Assembly (NCBI GenBank): GCA_965652295.1
Contig: CBFGTS010000004.1
Coordinates: 96,001 to 160,000, forward strand
DNA from: an uncultured Haloferula sp.
GTDB taxonomy: Bacteria; Verrucomicrobiota; Verrucomicrobiia; Verrucomicrobiales; Akkermansiaceae
Reading direction: 5' to 3'
Length of the DNA: 64,000 nt
The position numbers and the translations under genes are program-made. The notes beneath the pieces are model-generated. The model was not told the DNA's origin and did no database searches. It was given only the letters and a program-made list of their open reading frames with translations. Positions 48,339-56,238 of the stretch are shown piece after piece; position 1 is the first letter of the stretch; each line of letters starts with the position of its first letter.

Positions 48339-49769
48339 TCATAAGATCGGGGCGGCGAGGCGCGCCGCGCGGGCGGCGAGGCGGAACCAGAGCGGGCGCT
48401 CGGAAAAATCGGCGGGCCCGGCCGCGACCGCTTGCTCGAAATCCTTGGCCAGCATTTTCTTCACTTCGGCGACGAATCGCGCGTCGGTGCTCACGGCGGT
48501 CAGCTCGAAATTCAGGCGGAACGAGCGATTGTCGAGATTCGCCGTGCCGATGAACGCGTAGCGGTCGTCCACCAGCATCGCCTTCTGGTGCAGGAAACCA
48601 GCCTGGTAGCGGAGGATGCGGATTCCGTAGGGGATCGTCTCGTCGAAGAACGTGTGCGCGGCCAGCCAGACCATCAGGTGGTCGGCCTTCTCCGGGATGA
48701 GGATGCGAACGTCGACGCCGCGGATGGCGGCCGCCTGGAGCGCGGTCAGCACGCCTTGATCCGGCACGAAATAAGGGGAGGCAATCCAGAGGCGCTCCCG
48801 ACTGCTGTTGGCGGCCTCGGCGACGACCAACTGCCACGAGTCGGCCGGGTCGGCGGGGCCGGTCGGCAGGATGGCCGCGACTTGGTTCGCGGGTTCCTCG
48901 TGCGAGTCCCAATGGAGGTCGGGCCAAGTCGGGGCGACCCAGTTCCAGTCCTCGAGAAACACGAGCTGGATCGCTTGCACGCACGGCCCGCGCAGGCGCA
49001 GGTGGGTGTCCCGCCAGTGGCCGAAGCGCAGGTCGCGGCCGAGGTACTCGTCGCCCACGTTGAGCCCTCCGAGAAACGCCTCTTTGCCATCGGTCACCAC
49101 GGTCTTCCGGTGGTTGCGGAAGTTGATCTGAAGACGCGACCACCAATGCCGGTTGACGCCGAAGGAGCGGCATTCGACTCCGGCATCCGCGAGTTCCGAA
49201 AGGTAGGTCCCGGCCAGTTTGATCGAGCCGAACTCATCGAACAGGAAGTACACCTTCACGCCCGCCCGGGCGCGGGCAATGAGCGCGTCCTTGAAGCGCT
49301 GGCCGATGCGGTCGTTCTTCACGATGAAGAAATTCACCAGGATGTAGCGTCGGGCGGACTCGATCGATTTGAAGATCGCCTCGAAGGTCTGGTCGCCGTC
49401 GATCAGCAGGTGGAGCTGGTTTCCGCGGGTGAACGGCAATCCGCCGAGTTGCGCGGCGGCGCGGCCGAAAGCGTCGTCGGGCTGGAGTTCGAAGTGACGG
49501 AGGCGCCGGTGCATGTCGTCGGCCAGCTTGCGAAGTCCCGCGTCTTCAGCACGACGAGCGCGGACGTAGCCCGCGAATTTCTGCCGCCCGGCGATCCAGT
49601 AGAAGGGGATGGCCACCCACGGCGCGACGATCATGCAGACGATCCAGGCGATCGTGCCCTGGGCCGTGCGACCGCGCATCAGCACGTGGAAAACGTGCAG
49701 CAGGCCGAGCAAGTGCAGGCAGACAAGCCCTGCGGCGAGGAGCGGGGCGGTCCATTCTGGGTGGGTCAC
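48339..49769 (-). CDS. cls: Cardiolipin synthase
   Basis: N-terminal TM pair; two HKD motifs (RNHRKTVVTD, HQKAMLVD) and NLDNRSF. Confidence 0.92.
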   Translation of the reverse strand: MTHPEWTAPLLAAGLVCLHLLGLLHVFHVLMRGRTAQGTIAWIVCMIVAPWVAIPFYWIAGRQKFAGYVRARRAEDAGLRKLADDMHRRLRHFELQPDDAFGRAAAQLGGLPFTRGNQLHLLIDGDQTFEAIFKSIESARRYILVNFFIVKNDRIGQRFKDALIARARAGVKVYFLFDEFGSIKLAGTYLSELADAGVECRSFGVNRHWWSRLQINFRNHRKTVVTDGKEAFLGGLNVGDEYLGRDLRFGHWRDTHLRLRGPCVQAIQLVFLEDWNWVAPTWPDLHWDSHEEPANQVAAILPTGPADPADSWQLVVAEAANSSRERLWIASPYFVPDQGVLTALQAAAIRGVDVRILIPEKADHLMVWLAAHTFFDETIPYGIRILRYQAGFLHQKAMLVDDRYAFIGTANLDNRSFRLNFELTAVSTDARFVAEVKKMLAKDFEQAVAAGPADFSERPLWFRLAARAARLAAPIL

Positions 49770-49922
49770 GCACGCAGATTAGCAGGTGCGTTGGCTGGAC
49801 CGCAATGCCCGTCGACGGCGGGTCGGTGGGAAGGGTGGTGAAGAAAGATATAAAAAGATGATTTCCGGTGTTGACGATTCGAGGCGGGATAGATAGAGAG
49901 TCGCGAACTCAACCGATCAGCC

Positions 49923-50084
49923 ATGCTCACGTATCCATCCGGCATCGACGTCACGCCCCGCGGCCTCCGCGGCGCGCTTCTGGTCGGCTGCATGGCTGGC
50001 AAAGGCCCTTCGGCATTCGAGCGATCCTTCCACGAGGATCCATTGAATCCGAGAAAAACGGAAAGCAGGGAAGGGTCGATATGA
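49923..50084 (+). CDS. Putative 53-aa leader peptide (uORF) of the HNH-GNAT-rtcB attenuator
   Basis: MLTYPSGIDVTPRGLRGALLVGCMAGKGPSAFERSFHEDPLNPRKTESREGSI*. Lies downstream of TTGACG (49871); its 3' end overlaps the antiterminator strand. Confidence 0.5.
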   Translation: MLTYPSGIDVTPRGLRGALLVGCMAGKGPSAFERSFHEDPLNPRKTESREGSI

Positions 50085-50118
50085 CGACCCGCAAGTGTCA
50101 CAGGATCAATGTTCCGAC

Positions 50119-50150
50119 GCCCCGCTTTCTCCAGATTGCGGGGCTTTTTT
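50119..50150 (+). terminator. Intrinsic terminator within the leader (attenuator)
   Basis: GCCCCGC-N12-GCGGGGC-TTTTTT. Its 5' arm and loop can alternatively pair with GAAAGCAGGG (50061-50070). Confidence 0.8.
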
Positions 50151-50496
50151 GTATTTCTGAATTTCCATCGAAAACGCCGTGCGCGGCGGACGAAATTTCA
50201 CTCCAGCTCATCTCAACGCCAACTCTCGCCCAAGCTCCGGGCCACCGAACCATTCCATCCTTTTCGTATCTTTTCACCGTCCGTGAGACGGCTCCCCTTC
50301 CTTTTGTTTTTTGAAAGATTTACGAGATCTTTAAAAAACATATCACAAGGTCCGGGTGAAGTTTGTCCTGAATGTGTCCTTCTTGTTGCCATAAATGATA
50401 ACCTTCCGGCCTTCGTAAGTTCCTAGCCTCCGGGCGACCGGACGAGGCCGGACTCCGTCCGACATCGCGGGCCGTGCCCCGCAACCTCCACGATCC

Positions 50497-51087
50497 ATGA
50501 CCGACAGCATCCTCCATCGAGCCAGTGTTCTGGTGCTGAACCGCCATTGGATGGCCATCGACGCCATCTCGCCAGCGGGTGCGTTCAATCACCTCGTTTC
50601 CGGTTCCGCCCGTGCGGTGTGGATCGGGGACGGCGCGTTCCAGCCCATGGAATGGCAGGAATGGGCGGCTCTCGAGGTGCCGGAAGGGGTTCTCTCGATC
50701 GGCACCACCAAGGGGCGCATCCGCGTCCCGACGGTGATCCTGCTGAGCCGCTTCGATCGCGTGCCGATGGTGCGTCCGGTCTTCGGATTCCGCGGGATCT
50801 GGGAGCGCGACGGTGGACGGTGCCAGTACACCGGCCGGCACCTGAAGCCCGACGAGGCGAACATCGATCACATCGTCCCGCGCTCGCGGGGTGGTCGCGA
50901 CGAATGGGAGAACTGCGTGCTTTCCGATCGCCGGATCAATACCCGCAAGGGTGCCCGGACGCCGGAAGAAGCGGGACTCCGGCTGCTCACCACGCCAAAG
51001 GCTCCGAAGACCGTCCCCGCCACCCTGCGGATCCGGAATTCGTGGAAGGTCGAGGACTGGAATCACTTCCTCAAGTTCCCGAGCTGA
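50497..51087 (+). CDS. HNH endonuclease (McrA-like)
   Basis: VLVLN, VPTVI, RDGGRCQY, IDHIVPRSRGG..W.N and N.RKG..TPEEAG. Confidence 0.9.
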   Translation: MTDSILHRASVLVLNRHWMAIDAISPAGAFNHLVSGSARAVWIGDGAFQPMEWQEWAALEVPEGVLSIGTTKGRIRVPTVILLSRFDRVPMVRPVFGFRGIWERDGGRCQYTGRHLKPDEANIDHIVPRSRGGRDEWENCVLSDRRINTRKGARTPEEAGLRLLTTPKAPKTVPATLRIRNSWKVEDWNHFLKFPS

Positions 51088-51225
51088 TCCGGCAATCACG
51101 CGCCTGAACATCGGCGGGTTCTTCGAATCCTGAAGAACCCGGTGGGTCCTCGTCCCAGACGAAATCAGGACCAGTTCCTATTTCCAGCCCCGCGGGCGAA
51201 TGATGCCCGCTCACCTCTATCTGCC

Positions 51226-51804
51226 ATGACCTCTTTATTCACCCAACGTCTCATTCTTCGCCCTCCGAGCATGGAGGACATCGACGACATCGTGCGCCTG
51301 CTGGGAGACCGGCGGGTGGCGGAGATGATGAGCGGTGTGCCCTGGCCGTATGAACGAAAGCACGCCGAGGAGTGGCTTCCCGATGCGATCGCTGCTCATG
51401 AACAGGGCAAGGGCGAGGCCTTCGTCATCGCGCTCCGTGAGACGGGCGAGCTGATGGGAGTCATCGGCCTTCACCCGGATGAAGCCGCTCCCTGGGCGTG
51501 GTTCGGCTACTGGTTGGGCGTGCCTTACTGGGGACGCGGATACATGACCGAGGCGCTGGAGGAAATCCTGCGCTTCGGTTTCGAGGAGCGCGGCTTCAGG
51601 CGATTGGAAGCGTGCCATTTCACCCACAATCCGGCGTCGGGCCGGGTGATGTTGAAAGCGGGGCTGACGCAGGAGGGTGTGCAGAAACTGAGAGTGATGC
51701 GTGCCGGTGAACTCTACGACCGGGCCATCTACGGAATCATCGACGAGGAATGGCGGGCCGCCCGAAAGAGCCCGCAGGAAACGAATGAAACTGCTGAATC
51801 ATGA
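51226..51804 (+). CDS. GNAT N-acetyltransferase, RimJ/RimL-like
   Basis: TQRLILRP, GYWLG..YWGRGYMTEA and NPASGRVMLKAG. Confidence 0.9.
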   Translation: MTSLFTQRLILRPPSMEDIDDIVRLLGDRRVAEMMSGVPWPYERKHAEEWLPDAIAAHEQGKGEAFVIALRETGELMGVIGLHPDEAAPWAWFGYWLGVPYWGRGYMTEALEEILRFGFEERGFRRLEACHFTHNPASGRVMLKAGLTQEGVQKLRVMRAGELYDRAIYGIIDEEWRAARKSPQETNETAES

Positions 51805-53311
51805 AGACCTGATCGCGGCCGGATACGAACCCGGGCCGCGGTTCAAGGTGATGTTCGAAAAGCTCGCCGAGTACGAAGCGCGGGGTATCTCGGACAAGAA
51901 ATACGCGCTGAAGCTGCTGAAGCGGGACTTCGGTGCGCCGGAGCCGAAGCGGGTGCTGCGGGGTAGTCCCGCGCCGCTGGCCGAGGCGATCCGGCCGGAA
52001 ACGCAGGACGAGCGCGAGAACGTGGCGGCGGTTCGCCGGCAAATGGAGCAGCTGCTCCGGGTGCCGGTGATCGCACGCGGTGCGGTTATGCCGGACGCCT
52101 GCCCGGCCGGTGCCGGAGTGGCCGTGATCCCGGTTGGCGGGGCGATCGCGGTCGAAGGCGCGATCATTCCCTCGGCCCACTCGGCGGATGTCTGCTGCTC
52201 GATGTCCGCCACTTTCTACGAGGAACGTCGTAGCGTGACGGAGGATCTCGATGCGCTGGTCTCGGCGACGCGTTTCGGGCCGGGGTACCGGGCACCGGAT
52301 GATCTGGTGCATGATCCGGTCCTCGACGAACCGGTGTGGGAAAACCGTTTCCTCAACGGGCTGCGCGAGCGTGCGTCCGCACAACTGGCGGATCAGGGCG
52401 ATGGCAATCACTTCGCCTTCGTGGGCGAGGTGGACGTCACGCCGGAAATGCTCGCCGTGCTGCGGATCGTCGCGCACTCGGAGCTGGCCGGGGCTTTGAA
52501 GGCGAAGCGCTACCGGGTGCTGGTGACTCATCACGGGTCGCGCAGCCTGGGCGCGCACGTTTTCAAGCGCGGTCAGATCGCGGCGGTGAAACACACCGGT
52601 CGGGCCGGTCGCGGCATCCCGGAGGCGGCGGCGTGGCTGGATGCGGATTCGCCCGAGGGACTCGAATACTGGGACGCGCTGCAATACGTCGCCCGCTGGA
52701 CGAAGGCGAACCACCGGGCGGTGCACCGTCGTTTCCTCGAACGGATCGGCGGCGCGGCGGTGGCCGAGGTGGGCAACGAGCACAACTTCGTGTGGCGGCG
52801 CGGTGACCTTTTTCTCCACGGAAAAGGAGCGACTCCCGCGTGGCGCGACGAGCAGGGACGCCCGCAGCTGGGCCTGATTCCCCTGAACATGTCGGAGCCG
52901 GTGTTGCTGGTGCTCGGCTCGGACAATGAGGAGTTCCTGTCCTTCGCGCCGCACGGCGCGGGGCGGAATCTGTCGCGGACCGCGCTGCGCCGGAAGTTCC
53001 CGGACGAAGCGTCGCGGCGCGATGCGATCGCCCGCGGAACCGCCGGTCTCGATGTCCGCTGGTTCTGCGGCAAGCCGGACCTCAGCGAACTGCCGGTGGC
53101 TTACAAGAACGCGGAGAGCGTGAAGGCGCAGATCCGGGAGTTCGGCCTGGCCGAGGTGGTGGCGGAGATCCGTCCGCTCGGTTGTGTGATGGCGGGCGAT
53201 TCCGGTCGCACGTGGCGCGACCGGGAGGAAGAGCTGACGCCGAAGCAGAAGCGCCAGATCCAGCATCGCAAGGACCGGCGGCGGACGAATCAGGAATTGC
53301 GGGAGTGGTGA
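51785..53311 (+). CDS. rtcB: RtcB family RNA ligase
   Basis: MPDAC, IPVG, SADVCC, GNHF, THHGSR, EHNF, HGKGAT, PHGAGR and ELPVAYK. Confidence 0.88.
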   Translation: MKLLNHEDLIAAGYEPGPRFKVMFEKLAEYEARGISDKKYALKLLKRDFGAPEPKRVLRGSPAPLAEAIRPETQDERENVAAVRRQMEQLLRVPVIARGAVMPDACPAGAGVAVIPVGGAIAVEGAIIPSAHSADVCCSMSATFYEERRSVTEDLDALVSATRFGPGYRAPDDLVHDPVLDEPVWENRFLNGLRERASAQLADQGDGNHFAFVGEVDVTPEMLAVLRIVAHSELAGALKAKRYRVLVTHHGSRSLGAHVFKRGQIAAVKHTGRAGRGIPEAAAWLDADSPEGLEYWDALQYVARWTKANHRAVHRRFLERIGGAAVAEVGNEHNFVWRRGDLFLHGKGATPAWRDEQGRPQLGLIPLNMSEPVLLVLGSDNEEFLSFAPHGAGRNLSRTALRRKFPDEASRRDAIARGTAGLDVRWFCGKPDLSELPVAYKNAESVKAQIREFGLAEVVAEIRPLGCVMAGDSGRTWRDREEELTPKQKRQIQHRKDRRRTNQELREW

Positions 53312-53388
53312 AGAACGGCGTGCCCATCGATGGATGGGCGCGCCGGAATTCTGTCTCGATTGCCGCTTGAGACCGGCGGGTCGGCCCG

Positions 53389-54678
53389 ATGGAATGGGAC
53401 GTGAAGAAGTTGCTGCATGTGCTTTTGGCGGGAATCGCGATGTTGGGTTCGGCGCGGGGTGAAGAGGGGTTCCGGACCTGGACCAGCTCGGCGGGTACCA
53501 GTCTGGAGGCCCGGGTGGTCTCGGTGGAGGGAGATCGGGTGACGCTGGAGAAGCAGGGAGGTGGTTCCCTCACCGTGAAGCTGGCCCAGCTTTCCCAAGA
53601 CGACCGGAGCTTCCTCGCATCGTGGAAAAAACCGGAGGCTCCGAAGGGCGCGACGACGATCGATGGCATCGCCGCGGAGCCGGGCCGCGTGTCGGGAGAG
53701 ATCCCATGCCAGGCGAAACCGGAGTGGAGCTATCTTGTCTATCTTCCTCAGGAGTTTCACATGGGCCGGAAATGGCCGGTGTGCTTCGTGATGGATGCCG
53801 GCGGAGGCTCGGCAGGATCGCTGAACCGCTACGTCACGGCGGCCGACCGGTTCGGAATCATCATGGTGGTGTCCAAGCAATCCCGAAACGGATTCGATGG
53901 CGCGATCGAGGCGATGGTTTCGATGAACGAGGATGTGCACGCCCGGTTTCCGGTGTGGAAGGACATGGTGTTTTCCTCCGGCATGTCGGGAGGCAGTCGG
54001 CAGGCCTTCCTGTTGTCGGAAAAAGACGACCAGATCGCCGGGGTCCTCGCCTGTGGATCGGGGGGCGGCGTCTATGCCGAGGGCGGGTTCCGTCCGGTGG
54101 ACCTCCGCAAGTCGGTGGTGGTTTGTAGCCTGATGGGCACCAATTGCTTCAACCGCAGCGAGTCGGTGAGATCCCACAAGAGCTTCCCATCGACGTCGCG
54201 ATTGATCTGGTTCGCCGGGAATCATGACTGGGCGTCGAGCGAGTGGATCGTCGAAGGGATGGCGCACGTCTATGGGACGGCGCTCGCGAAATCGCGGGAC
54301 AAGGAGCTGGGCGAGCTGCGCGATGACTTCGCCACGGCATGCTTCGAGTGGGCGAAAGAGCGGCAGGAACAGGCTCCGTGGACGACTTGGATTTGGGCCG
54401 ATTTCCTCAGCGATTTCCCGGCATCGAACGCGGTGCCCGCGGAGGCCAAGGCGTTGGCGGCCGAACTCGCGAAAGATCCCGAGGTGAAACGGGGGCTCGA
54501 AGCGGAAAAGGAGGTTCAAAGTTTCGCCGCGAAGCATTTCCATGCCTTGGGCTCCCAAGCGGACTCGGCGGCCGATGAGGGACGGCAGCGGGCCGCGGAG
54601 AAGGAAGCGGAGAAGTTCGACGGGCTACCTCAGGCCGAGGTGCTCAAACGGATGGGTCAGCCCTCGGTCAAGCCGTGA
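53389..54678 (+). CDS. Secreted SHD1-domain alpha/beta hydrolase-like protein
   Basis: Signal peptide, RTWT..G..LEA...LSQDD (SHD1), YLVYLP and GMSGG nucleophile elbow. Confidence 0.7.
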   Translation: MEWDVKKLLHVLLAGIAMLGSARGEEGFRTWTSSAGTSLEARVVSVEGDRVTLEKQGGGSLTVKLAQLSQDDRSFLASWKKPEAPKGATTIDGIAAEPGRVSGEIPCQAKPEWSYLVYLPQEFHMGRKWPVCFVMDAGGGSAGSLNRYVTAADRFGIIMVVSKQSRNGFDGAIEAMVSMNEDVHARFPVWKDMVFSSGMSGGSRQAFLLSEKDDQIAGVLACGSGGGVYAEGGFRPVDLRKSVVVCSLMGTNCFNRSESVRSHKSFPSTSRLIWFAGNHDWASSEWIVEGMAHVYGTALAKSRDKELGELRDDFATACFEWAKERQEQAPWTTWIWADFLSDFPASNAVPAEAKALAAELAKDPEVKRGLEAEKEVQSFAAKHFHALGSQADSAADEGRQRAAEKEAEKFDGLPQAEVLKRMGQPSVKP

Positions 54679-54722
54679 CGCCGGGTTTGCTCGAAGGCGG
54701 ACGAGCCGCTAGAGCTTCGGCT

Positions 54723-55127
54723 GTGACCCTCGATGTCTCCACGCCCGCGCTGCTCTTTCCGGCGATCAGCCTGCTGTTCCTTTCCTTCACCAACCGGTTC
54801 CTGCATCTCGCGGCGCTGATCCGGCAGCTCCACGCCGATTGGCTGGAGCGGCAGGACGAGACCTTGATGCTCCAGATTTCCAACCTCCGGAAGCGCCTGA
54901 CCTTGATCCGCTGGATGCAATTTCTCGGCGCGGTGAGTCTGTTTCTTTGCGTGATCTCGATGGTCGCCGTGGTGGCCGCGTGGCAATGGCTGGCTGTTCC
55001 GTGTTTCGCGGCGGCGCTGGGATTGATGGGGGCGTCGCTGGCCTGCCTGATGGTCGAGGTCTGGATTTCCGGCGGCGCGCTGCGCATCCTGCTGCGGAAC
55101 CTGGAGGAAAACTGCCGGGGAAACTGA
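54723..55127 (+). CDS. DUF2721-family membrane protein
   Basis: TPALLFPAISLL..TNRF, QISNLRKR...MQ and EVWIS. Confidence 0.8.
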   Translation: MTLDVSTPALLFPAISLLFLSFTNRFLHLAALIRQLHADWLERQDETLMLQISNLRKRLTLIRWMQFLGAVSLFLCVISMVAVVAAWQWLAVPCFAAALGLMGASLACLMVEVWISGGALRILLRNLEENCRGN

Positions 55128-55131
55128 ACCG

Positions 55132-56211
55132 ATGAAATCCGCCCTTTCCCAGATCCCCGCGGATGTGGTCGCGCTTTGCGACTACGAACGTCTCGCGCCG
55201 GAATTCATTTCCTCCGAGGCCTGGGCTTATCTCTCCGGCGGGGCGGGGGACGAGCATGCCTTGAGGGGAAACCGCGAGGCTTTTCAGCAATGGGTGATCG
55301 AGCCATCGGTGCTGTCGGGCATGACCGGTGCTACGACGGAGATCATACTTGGGGATCTGCGTCTGCCGCACCCTTTGGTGGTCGCGCCGATGGCGGCGCA
55401 CCGGATGTTTCATCCGCAAGGCGAGGTGGCCACGACGCTCGGAGCAGCGGCGATGGGCGCAGGGCTGGTAATGAGCTGTCGTGCCAGTGTGGCGATCGAG
55501 GCGGTGCCGCGGCATCAGGGCGTGCCGCTTTGGTTCCAGCTCTATGTGCGGAAAGACCGGGCATTCATGGAGCGCCTCGTGCGGCGGCTGGAGGCGGCGG
55601 GCTGCGATGGGTTGGTGGTGACCGTGGACGCGCCGGTCAACGGCATCCGCAATCGCGAGCAGCGTGCGGGCTTTCGATTCCCCGCGGAAATCGAGGTGCC
55701 CCATCTCGAGGGTGAGCCGGCGTGGCCGGAGGTGGAGTCGGTTCTGGATCCTGCCTACCTCGCGGAGCTGCCGGGGTGGGAGGATGTGATGTGGTTGAAG
55801 TCCATCACCCGGCTTCCGGTGTGGGTGAAGGGCGTGCTGACGACGGATGATACCCGGCTGGCGGTGAATGCAGGAGTCGATGGCATCGTCGTTTCCAACC
55901 ATGGCGGCCGGACGCTCGACGCGCTGCCGGCTCCGCTGGGGGTGCTGCCTGAAATCGCCACAGCGGTGGAGGGGCGGGTGCCGGTGATTGTCGACGGGGG
56001 GATCCGGCGGGGCACGGATGTGTTCATCGCTCTGGCGCTCGGTGCGGACGCGGTGATGATCGGTCGCCCGGTCCTCCATGGTCTGGCCGTGGCGGGGGCG
56101 GTCGGAGTGGCGCACGTGATGAAGATCCTCCGCCATGAGCTGGAGGTGGCGATGCTGCTGGCGGGGTGCCGGACGGTCGCCGAGGTCCGGGGGAAGGTCC
56201 GGCGGCGATGA
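55132..56211 (+). CDS. FMN-dependent alpha-hydroxy acid oxidase/dehydrogenase
   Basis: WFQLY, TVDAP, VSNHGGRTLD and DGGIRRGTD. Confidence 0.92.
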   Translation: MKSALSQIPADVVALCDYERLAPEFISSEAWAYLSGGAGDEHALRGNREAFQQWVIEPSVLSGMTGATTEIILGDLRLPHPLVVAPMAAHRMFHPQGEVATTLGAAAMGAGLVMSCRASVAIEAVPRHQGVPLWFQLYVRKDRAFMERLVRRLEAAGCDGLVVTVDAPVNGIRNREQRAGFRFPAEIEVPHLEGEPAWPEVESVLDPAYLAELPGWEDVMWLKSITRLPVWVKGVLTTDDTRLAVNAGVDGIVVSNHGGRTLDALPAPLGVLPEIATAVEGRVPVIVDGGIRRGTDVFIALALGADAVMIGRPVLHGLAVAGAVGVAHVMKILRHELEVAMLLAGCRTVAEVRGKVRRR

Positions 56212-56238
56212 AGGGTTGATGCGGACGCGGGCCGGGGC

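Noticed and set aside
49868..50426. Track ORFs 49868-50314, 50109-50426 and 49766-50101 as real genes
   Set aside because: Atypical composition and no motifs; the two plus-strand ORFs also run through the terminator. The region is better explained as a regulatory leader.
51130..51164. Hammerhead-like CTGAAGA...GAAA between HNH and GNAT
   Set aside because: The bases flanking the would-be stem II (A...C) do not pair, and CTGAAGA is largely buried in a 10-bp stem. No consistent stems I/III were found.
51100..51180. tRNA gene suggested by TTCGAATCC
   Set aside because: No T-stem closing pair, D arm, anticodon arm or acceptor stem could be built.
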